A stretch of DNA of 64,000 nt from Octopus sinensis. Its lineage: Eukaryota. Positions 14,368 to 27,697 of this stretch are shown here, one piece after another. Below the pieces are notes generated by a model, which saw only the letters and a list, made by a program, of their open reading frames with translations, was not told where the DNA came from and searched no databases. The stretch covers positions 27,218,001 to 27,282,000 of the forward strand of contig NC_043000.1 of the NCBI RefSeq assembly GCF_006345805.1, given 5' to 3'. The position numbers and the translations under genes are program-made. Position 1 is the first letter of the stretch; every line of letters starts with the position of its first letter.

Positions 14368-15035
14368 AAATGTAATTTTACTTCAAATCGTGAAAAAAAA
14401 AATTTAAAAAAATCAATTTCTGTTAGGTTTTATGATCAACGGATAGTATCGGCAATTGAAAAAAAAAACAGAAAAAAGATGACTAAGAAAAGTAAGTCTG
14501 ACTCCCATATTACCACATCTTACTAATTAATCAATAATTAACGAACGAAATATCAAGACCATCACTCTTCGTGAGCGCGTAAATCTGCATCAGTATATAT
14601 AAATTCTTTTATTTGTTTCAGTTGTTTGACTGTAGCCATGCTACCCTTATATTGATTAATTAATGATTTTCTGACTAATTCTGAAATTGAATCAGCAGTT
14701 TATATTTGCTGCTGATAAGTTGGCGCGATTACGGTGGTTTTGAAAATTTAGGGTATATATTCCCGAGGCACAAATGCTGTTGCCTCGTGTATATTTACTC
14801 CTCCTGGCTTCTTTACCGATGAGACGGTAGATTGACTTCATTAAATTAAATTTAATTTAATTAGGCTGGTTTGCCTAAAAGAACGTCGAAACAATGCATT
14901 GTCTAAAGATAAATAGGGTAAATGTTTTTTTAATTTTTCTTTAATTTCTGAATTACTATTATTTCGCGGTTTGAGTCTTGGCTGCTCTTTCTAGTGGGTC
15001 GAATGGCCTATCGGGGCCGTTCCTCAATGTTGTTG

Positions 15036-15072
<37 letters not shown>

Positions 15073-15173
15073 TATATATATGTGTGTATGTGTGTGTATG
15101 TATATGCACTTTAAGTTTATATATATATTTATATGTGCATATATACATATATTTATATATATTTATACGTCTG

Positions 15174-15213
<40 letters not shown>

Positions 15214-15311
15214 TTTATGCATGTACGAATGTATTTGTATTGATTTTCGTAAGTTCAATTTTATTCATTAAAAAGAATAGTTTATACTCTTCTTGTTGAT
15301 GAATCATTAAG

Positions 15312-15356
<45 letters not shown>

Positions 15357-15413
15357 CATACGTATATATATATACATACATACGTATATATATATACATA
15401 CATATATACATAC

Positions 15414-15452
<39 letters not shown>

Positions 15453-16369
15453 CATACATGCATATATATATACTAACGTATTATTGGATGTTGTTATAGC
15501 GGTTTCTGTAAGTTCAAATCCCGCCAACCCTGACTTCGCCTTTCATTTGAGTGTTACAATTTTATTGAAGAAGTGTCAGAACATGTTTTATCGGTTTGCA
15601 AATATCAAATGCAAAAACGAAATCGATTTCATCAGGATTTGAACTCGGAATAATATAACACCGAAATCTTCTATTCAAGCTTACGCACTTGTGCTGCCAT
15701 CTCAAAATCATACTACGATGAAAGAAAAAATTTTTTATCAGTAGTAATAAAATATATTGCATGTGTAATCAGTGTTAGTGGAAAACAAAAACAAAAAAAA
15801 AGCACGTACCGCCATGTTGGATGTTCTCATGTAGCAGCATTAAAATACATCTATAGTCAAAACAAAACTGTCATTAAACATAATATCGTTGTTCTTTGGA
15901 ATATGCGTTCATAGAGGAGGAGGTGGAGATGTGCGCTAACCATCTGACAACGTCGTAAAAGACAAACAGGCAGGAGTTTTACATTGAGTGATGTGACATT
16001 CCTAACTGTTAAAACACATTTTATAAAGGATATTGAACATTTCAAAATAATATCTAACATGGGAATAATGAAAATGTGAATTATGGTTACAACAACTGTC
16101 AGTGTGATCACGAAAGCTAGAGAAGCAGTAAAACATAACAAATAAAATATAAAATTAAAATTCTCTCAAGCAAATATTTCATGTGATACCTCTAAAATAT
16201 AGGACACATTTTTCCGAACTTAAAACAGCCTTAACCTGGTTGCTGAACCTGGTAGAAATAGTAGCCAAATTTGCTACTTATAGTTTTCTTGAGTAAACAG
16301 GCAAATAAGAAAAAAAAAACATCTTACCAAATAACTAAGGATGTTGTTGTTGTTCTTTTCCTCCTCCTC

Positions 16370-16484
16370 CTCTTCTTCTTCTTCTTCTTCTTCTTCTTCT
16401 TCTTCTTCTTCTTCTTCTTCTTCTTCTTCTTCTTCTTCTTCTTCTTCTTCTTCTTCTTCTTCTTCTTCTTCTTCTTCTTCTTCT
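16370..16484. repeat. (TTC)n microsatellite
   Basis: Direct reading. Explains the poly-F and poly-E ORFs. Confidence 0.97.
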
Positions 16485-16739
16485 TTAGCCACAAAGAATA
16501 ATCTCTAATTCGAGCCTACTCTAAGCTACTAAGAATACCTGTGGCAACTTGAAGATCTACCCACCACACGCGACAGACTGGCGGTTGCACGGGCGCGAAA
16601 GCTACGTTGTTATCTTAATTCCGTAGACGGTGGCTTTTCACGAATGGAGAGCTGAACCATCCTGGGGTACAGAGGATTCGCAATCTAGACTAGGTTCTAA
16701 AATTTTACAGCACCATAGTGGGTTACACCATGACTCCCC

Positions 16740-16931
16740 TGCTTTGTGGCAGAAGTAGGATGGAAGTGTGAGAGAAAGTTGTGGTGAAAGAGTACAGCGG
16801 GGTTCACCACCACCCTCCGCAGAAGCCTCATGTAGCTTATGTGTTTTTGCTCAATAAACACTCACAATACCCGGTCCGCGTTCTTGCGACCACGAATCCA
16901 CTGCCATAACCACTAGGCCATTGCGCCTCCA
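16740..16931 (-). mobile_element. SINE family B variant
   Basis: Similar to 24860-25057 (gagagaaagttgtg..gaaagagtacagc, gctcaataaacactcacaa). Confidence 0.75.
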
Positions 16932-17965
16932 CGGATGTTGTTGATGCTCTATGCCTCTAACCAAAGACGAGATGGCTATAGCTGGAACGTCTTTAATCAT
17001 AGTTGTCATAAATCGGGTCTGAGCAAGCTCTAAACAATATGCATATTAAAAACAATATGCATATTTAAAAAAAATCTCATAAAACACATTAAAAAATGCT
17101 GTTCTTGGTGTACTATACCTATCATGAAAGACGGTTGGTCAAGACGAGAGTGTCTTTAATGATAATCCTCATAGAACTATATGCGAGTGTGTTCTTTGGA
17201 TATACAGAAATATAACGACTCTAAGCAAACATACATTCTTATGTTTACAGAATAACCTTCGCACTGGGAAGACTTCACGAACACGAACACTTAATATTAA
17301 TTAAATATTTATTGCTTACAATCCGAAATATTAGTGCATTTTTGTAGCGATGGAGTGATTAGATCTTCGGTTGTTGTCGATTAGATGGACCATAGCCTTT
17401 GTGATTAGCTTTTAATCTCACATCAGACCCGGTCTATGTTCAAAGGAGTAACAACACAACCATGTTGTTTTATTTCTGGCACTACAGGAACAAACATGTA
17501 TTTCAGTTTTTAAAGTATGAGGATGAGGCTGGAGGAGATGTAATTCTATTGAACACCCACATCAAAACGTATCTGTTGGCTCCCAAATCATACCTGGTCA
17601 GTAACAAGCCATTAGAACGAATTTGAGAAAGGAAACAATTGATAACACACAGCCAGGGAGCAAAAGAAGAATGTGTTGAAAAGAAAACGAAAGTATTAAC
17701 CATCTTTTAAATGAATGCTTTAACCTAGCAAGAAAGGTTTATAAGTCCTTAGATGACTGTCGGTAAAAGAGCGCATTGGGATGTTAGACAAATGTGTATC
17801 AGGAAAGTGTTGTGAACACGAACCAGAGGTTGTTATACAGAATAAGTGCTACAGGATTTTATGTTACTTTCCCATAAAGACTGACTGTACAATTGAAATA
17901 GGAAGACCTATATTTCAGGTGGCACAACATCGAAACTGACACTCTAGAGGATAAATAATATTATT

Positions 17966-18514
17966 ATTGAGTGAGAGAGCAGTACATGCCATCAAAGTGA
18001 CACTGGGGTAAGATATATGAAGCCCAATGTACCCATCATGATTACCCCTCTGATAAGGGTATACTAGGCACATGCATCACAACCACATGTGCACGACATG
18101 GTGATCTCATATCAAGATAAACTGCACAGGACCTTGCAGGTGGGGCCCAATTAAAATTTTCTTCTGGTCGAGTAACCCATCCCACTCAAAAGGTCCTTGA
18201 ATAAGGGTTGTTTAAGGATGTTGAACGAAACACCCATGTTTCCAAAGGTGAATTATTCAAACCTCCAAGAATTCCTCTCAACACACGGCTGTTATGCTCC
18301 CCCACTACTTCTGCTTGTGATCAGAGATGCACATATCGTCAGCCACCAGGGGACATGCTCAACTGGATAAGGTCAAACAACTGACAAGCAAATCTTTGGT
18401 ATTGAGCAGAATATTTGCTGTAGCCCATCTCTTATACCAAGACAAAACAATGTACATGATAACACTTCCAATCAGTTAAGATCAGAGCCACTGCCTGGTA
18501 CTGCATCAAGGTAT
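17966..18514 (-). mobile_element. Non-autonomous ~550-bp element (family D) flanked by (TTA)n
   Basis: Reverse-complement homolog of 19587-20108 over most of its length, with a partial third copy at 37645-37810. Strand inferred from the ctcactc-(AAT)n end. Confidence 0.8.
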
Positions 18515-18533
18515 TTATTATTATTATTATTAT

Positions 18534-18735
18534 TCAGGTCACTGTCTGGAATCGAACTCGGAATCTTGGGGTTAGTAGCCCGCACTCTTAACCACTACGC
18601 TATATGCCCGTGGAGGGTTTATCAGCCGAAACGTTGTGTTAACAAACAAACAAGATGAGGACAAATATCCGTCAAATGTAAATAATGAAAATAATGTAAA
18701 TGTGCATAATTCCTCATCTCTTAAATATAGAACTG
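18534..18735. mobile_element. tRNA-headed HHR element, inverted (head on minus, 3-prime part on plus)
   Basis: 18534-18613 matches head 49721-49799 in the same orientation. 18611-18690 matches the reverse complement of 49112-49190. Confidence 0.8.
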
Positions 18736-19177
18736 GATGATGATGATGATGACGACGATGACGACGATGACGACCAGGATTATTATGGAAAACGAAGGCG
18801 GTTGGTAAGGTTATTGCTAATGTTTCCTTACACAGGCTTAACTATCCAGATTTAATGTGTGAGGAGTGTAGATGTATTTTAAAAAAAATTATTTGTTTTA
18901 AGAAAAGCTGAGAGCCGTACACGGGAAATGGTTACAGCTGGAAATGGAACCAATTCGCAGACACAGTTCACTGAGAACATCATGTTGTATCCCACACAAT
19001 GTTGTTGAATAAATAAGTTCAAAATATAATTGCTATCACAGCTTCCTACTTGCTAATTAAAACTGCACACCTGGTTAAAATTTCACTATAATTTAACACA
19101 AATGGTGGAATGAATTTAAAAGAAAAAAAATATTTAATCATGTTATATTATTTATAACTTTAATATCGATAACGTTT

Positions 19178-19283
19178 ATGAAGATGATGATGATGATGAT
19201 GATGATGATGGTGACGACGACGATGATGTCGATGATGACGATGATGATGATGATGGGGCAGCTGCTTATATTGAGGATGATGT

Positions 19284-19317
<34 letters not shown>

Positions 19318-19425
19318 ATTAATGATGATAGTGATAATGAAATTGTATGTTGTGCAGACTTGCTCTGCTTGATTATATTAAAATGGATTCAGAGTAATGT
19401 CCAGCCTTTGATCGCCTGTTTGTTA

Positions 19426-19498
<73 letters not shown>

Positions 19499-19500
19499 AA

Positions 19501-19553
<53 letters not shown>

Positions 19554-19588
19554 ATAATAATAATAATAAGAAGAAGAAGAAGAAGAAG
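19178..19588. repeat. (GAT)n and (TAC)/(TGC)/(AAT)/(AAG)n trinucleotide arrays
   Basis: Direct reading. Confidence 0.95.
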
Positions 19589-20108
19589 ATCTTAACTGAT
19601 TGGAAGTGTTACCATGTACATTGTTTTGTCTTCGTAAAGAAGATGAGCTACATCAAATATTCTGCTCAGTACCACATATTTGCTTGTCATTTGTTTGACC
19701 TTAAACAGTTGAGCATGTCCCTTTGTGGCTGACAATATATGCATCTCTGATCACGGGCACAAGTAGTGGGGGTGGGGAGCATCATAGCCATCTGTTGAGG
19801 GGGATTCTTTGGCCTTTGAATAATTCAGTTATGGAAGCATGAGTGTTTCGATGAACATTCTTAAACAATCCTTATTCAGACACCTTTTGAGTGGGATGGG
19901 CTACTCGACCTGAAGAAAATTCTAACTAGGCCCCACCTGCAAGGTCATGCGCCGTTAATCTTTATATGAGATCACCATGTCGTTCACATGTGGTTGTGAT
20001 GCATGTGCCTGGTGTACCCTTACCGGACGGGTAGTCATGATGGGTATATTGGGCTTCATATATTTTACCCCAGTATCACTTTAATGGCATGCGCTGCTCT
20101 CTCACTCA
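19587..20108 (+). mobile_element. Family D element, opposite orientation to 17966-18514
   Basis: See 17966-18514. Ends ctctctcactc followed by (AAT)n. Confidence 0.8.
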
Positions 20109-20120
20109 ATAATAATAATG

Positions 20121-20200
<80 letters not shown>

Positions 20201-20225
20201 TATAATAATAATAATAATAATATAA
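20108..20225. repeat. (AAT)n microsatellite
   Basis: Direct reading. Confidence 0.97.
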
Positions 20226-20339
20226 TCCTTTCTACTATAAGCACCAGGCCTGACATTTGTAGGGAGGGGGTTACTAAATTACGATAAATCACATTTCTCA
20301 ATCAATTCCATGCAGCCACAAAAGAGGTTGCTGGGGAAA

Positions 20340-20870
20340 ACATTGGGAATTGGCTGATGAAAGAACCCTTAAAAGAAGAAACAGTGGGCACTATACTGGC
20401 GGCGCAGGACCAAGCTCTGGTCACGATTAGGAGGGTCAACATCAGGAATAAGCAAGTTTTGCTGCTTCTGCAGTAGAGTGGCTGAAACTATTGGCCATAT
20501 TGCGAAACAAAAACCCCAAAATACTACAAGTTGTGGTGATACGAACTGGTAGCGAAAGCGCTACATTAGAAATTGTACGAAAAGTGCAGACTGCAGAGAG
20601 GCAAGACGTGGTACGAGCACAAAACGCAGAAAGTGGCAGAGTTGGGGACTAGTAAAATCCTCTGGTATTTCCCAGTTCAAATGGATCAGGTGCTAGAGTA
20701 TAACAGACCGGACCTGGTGGTGGTAGACAAGGTACACTACATATGCTATATAATTGACGTTGCATGGTCCTTTGACCCACGAATAGTCAAGAAGGAAATC
20801 GAAAAGCTAGATAAATGCAGCCCCTTAATACGAAATCTCCTTGCTATGGAAAATGACGAAGGTAAAGTTA
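20340..20870 (+). pseudogene. R4/Dong-like non-LTR retrotransposon remnant (zinc knuckle plus restriction-like endonuclease)
   Basis: WLMKEPLKEETVGTILAAQDQAL, ETIGHI, WYEHK..KILWYFPVQMDQVLEYNRPDLVVVDK..IIDVA..EKLDK. This is the RLE RPD...D signature, with stops and frameshifts. Confidence 0.85.
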
Positions 20871-22130
20871 GGACTGAAGGTTAAAACAAAAAGATTCATT
20901 CTGACTACCTTAAAACGCAGCAACTCCTCCCCAAGTTCAGAGTCAGTGAATCCCATGGTGAAACAGTTGACCATGTAGTAAATGGATACCTACTTCAACC
21001 TAATATAAGGATAGATACGAGAATATTGGTCAATACTCACTGGACTTTGTCCAAAAGCCTTGGTAAACGTGTAATACTTTGAGCGATTTAACAAATAATT
21101 TTAAAGAGCTCTAAGAGCAGAGTAACTCCCTCATTGCTGTTATAGGGTAAAAGAAAATATTTTAGCCCATACATATTATAGTAATGTCAAAGAACATTGT
21201 TTTCTCTCTGATGTGCTGAAAAATGTTTTGTTGTTAATACATTTTTGACAAAGAAGTGTTTTTTTTGAGAAATGTTTAATCTATTTATTGCCTCATAGTT
21301 GCAAGATGTAATCCATGATACAGTCAAGTTAAACTATATCTGTGTTTGTTAATGCATGTCGAAGGTTTTCTTTTACCACAAGAGCAACGCATGAAATTTC
21401 AGAGATGCTCTCAGTAGGCATGCAAAACCTGGTATGGACACTAACGTAAATTAGTAGTTGAAGAAACGACATTACCGTCTTTTGGACATTAGAGTATATA
21501 CGAAGGGGTGTTGAATTGTTCCAGGCTTTGGGTAAAAGAAAATACAAGTGGATCAATGAATCGTGATCTTATTGAACATATTCCTCTCTCAGATTCACTC
21601 ACTTATTGCAGCAGTCCTTGGGTTTTTCCAAGCCCTGTAAAAGAACAAGGAAGGTTAGGCCTCCAGCAAAGCCTTTCGCAATAGCCTTAAAACCGAGTAA
21701 AATAACTCGAAAAGAACTCGGAAGGTTGGACATACAGCCAGGACTTTTGCAATACCCTTAAAAGTAGGAACTTTTCAGCCCGCCATCGTACGGGTAGAAA
21801 GTTAATAGAAACCATCCATATATCACTGTTAAAGACCAAAAGCAAAACTACTCATACGTATGATAATACCGCCTGACAAAATGAAAATGTGTCTTCCAAG
21901 GTATACGGTAAGCTGACCAAGTACAGAGACATAGAAATTGAAGTAAAGGTATGTGGCACCTGAAGACGGGAGCAAACATCAGTTGCGATTGGGACACATG
22001 GTGTCATAAAGAATACTACCAGTTACTTCCTTAAAAAATATCTGGGGAATAATATAGAAAATACGAACTCCAGAAAATAGTACTGAACAATGTGATTCAC
22101 ACTCTACCTAAGTACTTGTCCTTGAAATCT
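20870..22130 (+). pseudogene. Second, fragmented R4/Dong-like remnant (20870-21063 and 21800-22130)
   Basis: GLKVKTKRFIL, GETVDHVVNG, HWTLSKSLG; then KLTKYRDIEIEV-MWHLKT..VAIGTHGVIK..YELQKIVL. Heavily frameshifted. Confidence 0.65.
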
Positions 22131-22361
22131 ATATTCCCAAAATCCTTTGTTTTATTTTATTTATTATTATTATTATTTTTTCAATAATGAAACTCAGCAG
22201 GATATGATGCTGTGTTGAACAATAACATTATTCCACAATGCCTGACCTCGGTGACTAGTTGTTGCTCGGCAGGTATTTGTTATTTAGCCTATATTAAAGG
22301 AAGGACATCAATCGTAATGACTTCTTTTATTTGTCACAGAAGCATCAGATGAAGGGAAATA

Positions 22362-22393
<32 letters not shown>

Positions 22394-22898
22394 GTTTTAG
22401 TAATAGCATTATTCTTGTTGCTGCTGTTCTCGCCGTCGTTGTAGTTGTCAATGACTGTATTAGTGTGATGGCGAATCTTCTACCTCCATCATAGGACACC
22501 CTTTCAATTATTTACAAATCTAAATAATTTCTTTTAATTATTTGCCAATAAATATTTTCGATACCCTAAATACCTGTTATTAGGAAAAAACAATTTTTAA
22601 AAATAGGTTTTCTGTTTTGATATTTCATATCAAAATGTCAAGCACGTGCGCTTACATTACCTTACAAAATATCACAGGCGAAAATGGCAGAAACAAAAGT
22701 TACACGGAAACTGTACATTTACAGAATTAATAGAGGCCAATTAATAGTGAAAAATACTTCAAGCACATTAACAAATAATTTTAACGATAGCTATGACATA
22801 AGAACATCACTCGTGCAAAAGAAAACATTTTAATCCAAGCACGTGTGTCAAAGAAGACAGTTTTTAGTCAGCAGTACAGGAACAAGATTTTTAGATTT

Positions 22899-23126
22899 AC
22901 TCTTTTTTACTCTTTTCTTCTTTTACTTTTTTTACTAGTTTCAGTCATTTGACTGTGGCCATGCTGGTGTGTTTACGTCCCCGTAGCTTAGCGGTTCGGC
23001 AAAAGAGACCGATAGAATAAATATTAGGCTTACAAAGTATAAGTCCTGGGGTCGATTTGCTCAACTATTAGGCGGTGCTCCTGCATGGCCGCAGTCAATG
23101 GCTGAAACAAGTATAAGAGTAAAAGA
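22899..23126. mobile_element. SINE family C with two outward-facing 3-prime tails
   Basis: Minus-strand tail 22899-22967 is joined at shared ATGCTGG to a plus-strand body and tail 22961-23126. Confidence 0.8.
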
Positions 23127-24729
23127 ATGTTAATTTTCTGGTGAGATGTCATCAATGGTTGTAGAAATATCACTAACCCCATAAGACTAGGAATAAAACT
23201 CGGACCAATGGGGCAGCTGCCTTAACGGTCACTCAGCTGATTGGGAATAGCTGGAAACTTTCACCGCATGACAATTTGGTTTATTTAACGTATTCGTTCG
23301 AATGCAAAACGCGATGGGAAAACATAAAATGAAAAGACTTGCTCAACTACAACATTAACCATGACAAAAGCAAAATGATTAAGTAGTTAAAGAATTGCTG
23401 TGAGATAAAGCATGAATCTACATATGGTTTTCATAATATATATATATATATATTCATTTATAAGTAAGCGCCACATATCTTTAGGAAACACTTATTTTTA
23501 TCACCTGAATATAGTTTAAAATATAGTCTAAAACACCTTTGTATATGAGATTTTAACTTTTAATTACTTTAATTTCTAAAAGGCTGACGAACAATTTGCG
23601 ATGTCATGCAATCTTCAACCGTATAATATACATTAAATGACTTTATATTATACTTAATCACTGAGCGGTAAAAGCGATAATTACCAGTACATTAAATTAA
23701 TTGCACTTTTTACACATTCCAGGCATCTCATCAATCGGATAGAAGATACTTTCTTCGAACTGTTTCGAAGTACCTTGATTCCGTTTCTGCAATTTGCATT
23801 ATGTATCTTGCGTCATTACGAAATCTATAACACACAGGTAAACTTGATCCTACGCTCATTATCTTCATTCTCAACAACATCATAATTAACATTGACTTAA
23901 TTGCTAGCGGTAAGTAGTAACTCTAGTAAATGAAGAAGTAGTAGAACTCGTTAATTTAAATTTCTGCGCGAGGTTTAATTTTACAAACACACAAAGTGAT
24001 TGTCAGTTTCGAATCTACAGGTTGAAAACTCCATTTTGTTTCCTGGGATGTGCAAACATATAACTCACAGCTAATTATATTAAGTTTCCAAATTCGCAGA
24101 TAGATCATTGCCAATTGACTTCTTCAAGTTGCGCATTAAACTCAATATCGTGAACAGAATACCAAATTACATTACGTAGCACACACACACACACATACGT
24201 CCTCCTAAACGCACTCACACTAACACAACCACACACACACACACACACACACAATTAAATATAAATATTCATACATAGGCACACATACACACACATATAT
24301 GTGTATGCATATACATATATATACACATATATGTATACACGTGGATAGTTTGATGTGAAGATGCATAAATATTCATATATATATATATATATATATTTAT
24401 ATACATATATACGTATATAAACATGTGCATACACGTACCTGTATATAAAAACATTCCCACTGTAGACAAACACGCACATACACATGCATCGCCATATTAC
24501 ACGCAAAACCACGTGCTACTCTTGTAAAATGCAAGAATAGAAATTTCTAGTATATAACAAATGCTCAAATCGCTATTAACGTCAATGAATATTGTTATAA
24601 TTATTACAACTTTTCTTTTTAAAATGAAAATATATATATAAGACAAAAAAATGAAGGCTTCTCATTAAATCTAAACCATTCATTGAGACATTTTGTCATT
24701 CTTATATCATAGTAATGTCTTTACTTTAT

Positions 24730-25057
24730 CTGTTCGGGTTGCTTTACACGTGCAAGTGGCTGAGCACTCCACAGACGTGTGTACTCTTACGGTAGTTCTT
24801 TCGAGAGATAGGGTGTAACACAGTGAGTGACAAGGCTGGCCCTTTGAAATACAGATATAAGGGAAACAGGAAGAAAGAATGAGAGAAAGTTGTGTTGAAA
24901 GAGTACAGCAGGGTGCGCCACCACCCCCTGTCGGAGCCTCGTGGAGCTTTTAGGTGTTTTCCCTCAAGAAACACTCACAACGCCCGGTCTGGGAATCGAA
25001 ACCGCGATCCTGCGACCGCGAGTCCACTGCCCTAACCACCGGGCCAGTGCACTTCTA
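24730..25057 (-). mobile_element. SINE family B variant
   Basis: Minus-strand head ggcccggtggttagggc...ggtttcgattcccaga. Tail gtggagtgctcagccacttgcacgt is shared with 27346-27659 and 52576-52872. Confidence 0.8.
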
Positions 25058-25090
25058 CTTTACACATATTAATAACAAAACGTAAGCTAA

Positions 25091-25280
25091 GGAGGCGAGC
25101 TGGTAGTATCGTTAGCAAGCCGGCCAAAGTGCATAGCGGCATTTCGTATGTCTTTGCGTTCTGCGATCAAATACCATAGAAGACGAATTTACATTTTCCG
25201 GTCGGAGTCGATTAAATAAGTAGCAGTTGAGCACTGGGATCGATGTAATTGACTAAACCCCTCCTTCGAAATTGCTGGAA
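25091..25280 (+). mobile_element. SINE family A, degenerate
   Basis: ggcgagctggtag..cgttagca, gtcgattaaataagtagcagtt. Confidence 0.75.
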
Positions 25281-25328
25281 TTGTGCAAAATTTCAAGCCA
25301 ATATCAATAGGTAACAAGGACAATTGCT

Positions 25329-25730
25329 GGAGTGGCTGTGTGATAAAAAGCTTACTTCCTAATCACATGATTCCGGGTTCAGTCCCACTGCATGGCACCT
25401 CGGAGAAGTATTTTCTACTATAACCTAGGGCTAACAAAAAGCCTTGTGATTGGATTTGATAGCCAGATACTAAAAGAAGTCCATCGTATATGTATCTCTG
25501 TGTGTGTGCATTTTTGCCTGTGTTTGTTTGCATCAGCGACTGATAACTGGCGTTGATGTACTTACGTCCCCGTAGCTAAGCGGTTCGGCAAAAGAACCGA
25601 TAGAATTAGTAGCAGGCTTCATAAAAAATAATAAGTTCTAGGGTCGATCCATTGGACTAAAAAAGAGTTCAAGCGATCCCCTAGCATGGCTACAGTCTAA
25701 TAACTGAAAGAACTTTATTAAAAAATGAAA
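25329..25730 (+). mobile_element. SINE family C
   Basis: ggagtggctgtgtg...ccgggttcagtcccactg...gcggttcggcaaaaga...agcatggctacagtc. Confidence 0.85.
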
Positions 25731-25769
25731 AAAGAAAGCAACACCAACGTCCTCTCAACGATTAACCAG

Positions 25770-26072
25770 GGATGATTTTCAAAATGTGAATATCTGAAAT
25801 AAACTCGACTTCTCTCACAAATGTTAATACTGAGAATGAGCCCAACCGCTCTCAAAAATTACGTAAAAAAACCGCGGAAAAATAAACCAGAATCCTTGTC
25901 CGGTACCTAATCGATCCCAGAATCTAATCACTTCGTGCTAGTCACGCGAATAAACATCTCTGAAAGTTTCATTTGAATCCATTCTAAGGTTCTTGAGATA
26001 TCTTGTCCACAGACAAACAAACAAACACGGCTGAAAACAACTCCTCCGCTTTCGCTAAGGCGGGGCTAATAA
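25770..26072 (-). mobile_element. Possible HINE/DINE-1-like (Helentron-derived) non-autonomous element
   Basis: Minus strand starts ttattagccccgccttagcgaaagcggagg..gttttc followed by a (GTTT)n microsatellite, the usual HINE layout. Confidence 0.45.
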
Positions 26073-26858
26073 TAATGGAATTATTGTGTATATTGCTCAG
26101 GTGCATCACAACTCAGCAAAGGTGCATGTACAGTACATAGAGTTATGTACAAAAGTCAGGACACTGGACTGTATATGAGTCATGATATACACGAGTGCAT
26201 GCATATTGAAGTGGGGATATCAGGTGTAGTGTTGGTGAATTTCAAGAAACAGGGGTTTTAAAGGATGCAATGTCTTAGCAACTAACAATTGATACAGGTT
26301 GTTTGTTCCTTGCTTTAGCAACTCTGAATGTAACAAAATATTTCGAAAAGTCATGGGAGCTGTGCTGTTTTCTGACTTTGTAGACATGCCCACGTGTGTT
26401 AAACTCATGTAGCTCAAAAAAGGTGATAAGCTTCATATAAGTTATAATTTTCATATAATATAATTTACATATATCTGTAAAGAAAACTTATTTACTTTTT
26501 GCCATAGGCTATACATTTGTATATTTACGAGGATATGCGTGGGTGCGCTCGAATGCACACAAGCACATATGGACATACATAATGTGCAGTAAAGCTAAAT
26601 GGCACAGAAGATGGGTTTGCGACTGGTCAGTTCCGGGTTTCGTCCCACTGCGAGACATCTTATGACCATGACATTTTCCGTAGCTTCGTGCCAACCCATG
26701 TCTCTTGAGCGAAATCGAGTTGAGAGAAAATATACTGAACATCCGATAAATTGTTAATTCATCGAGGTTAATTCATTGAGCAGATTATTCAGCTGATCGA
26801 ACAAATGAATTGACATTGCAAAAACCACCTTGGGACCTTTTACACACACACACACACA

Positions 26859-26889
<31 letters not shown>

Positions 26890-27075
26890 CGTATATATAT
26901 ATATGTATGTGTGTGTGGAGGGGTGCGTGTATATACATGTGTGTTAATATCTATGTATATGTAAGTCATTATTCAGTTTGCTTCAAGATTTGTTGTCAAC
27001 AGAGAAAGAACCGGTTTCTAACTTAGATCCAAGGCCTCTTCATTGGAATTTTAACATCAACAACAGGGTATTTTT

Positions 27076-27178
27076 GTATGTATGTATGTATGTATGTATG
27101 TATGTATGTACGTATGTATGTATGTATGTATATATATATGTATGTGTGTGTATGTATGTTTGTGGATGTATGTATGTG

Positions 27179-27210
<32 letters not shown>

Positions 27211-27340
27211 TGTATGTATGTATGTATATATATATATGTATGTGTGTGTATGTATGTTTGTGGATGTATGTATGTGTATATGTATGTATGTATGGTATGT
27301 ATGTATGTATGTATGTATGTATGTATGTATGTATGTATAT
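27076..27340. repeat. (TATG)n microsatellite with internal ~100-bp duplication
   Basis: The interruption gtttgtggatgtatg occurs twice. Confidence 0.95.
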
Positions 27341-27345
27341 ACAGT

Positions 27346-27657
27346 GAAGGTGCATGGCTTAGTGGTTAGAGCATTCGGTTCACGATCGTAAGGTCGTGAT
27401 TTCAATTCCCGGTGACGCGTTGTATCCTTGAGCAAAACATTTTATTTCACTTTGCTCCAGTTCACTCAACTGGCAAAAATGAGTTGTACCTGCATTTCAA
27501 AGGACCAGCCTTGTCACCCTCTGTATCACTTGAATCTCCCTGATGACTACGATAAGGGTACACACGTCTGTAGAGTGCTCAGTTAATTTCACGAGCAGGC
27601 TGTTCCATTGATCGGATCACCTGGAAAACTCGTCGTCGTCGTAACCGATGGAATGCT

Positions 27658-27659
<2 letters not shown>
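27346..27659 (+). mobile_element. SINE family B, full length
   Basis: ggcttagtggttagagc A box, B-box-like gatttcaattcc, CORE-like domain, tail gtcgtcgtaaccga. Confidence 0.85.

Positions 27660-27697
<38 letters not shown>

Noticed and set aside
15857-16141. Possible host exon
   Set aside because: No recognisable protein similarity or convincing splice-site pair. Small exons elsewhere cannot be excluded without RNA-seq.
21638-21763. Two ~50-bp direct repeats with a spacer (CRISPR-like look)
   Set aside because: Only two diverged units in a eukaryotic context; a simple local tandem duplication.
27000-27050. Minus-strand atgaaga...GAAA-ccgg-TT, HHR-like
   Set aside because: Positions 3 and 8 do not pair and stem I does not form. 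Possibly a decayed pLTR but not supportable.
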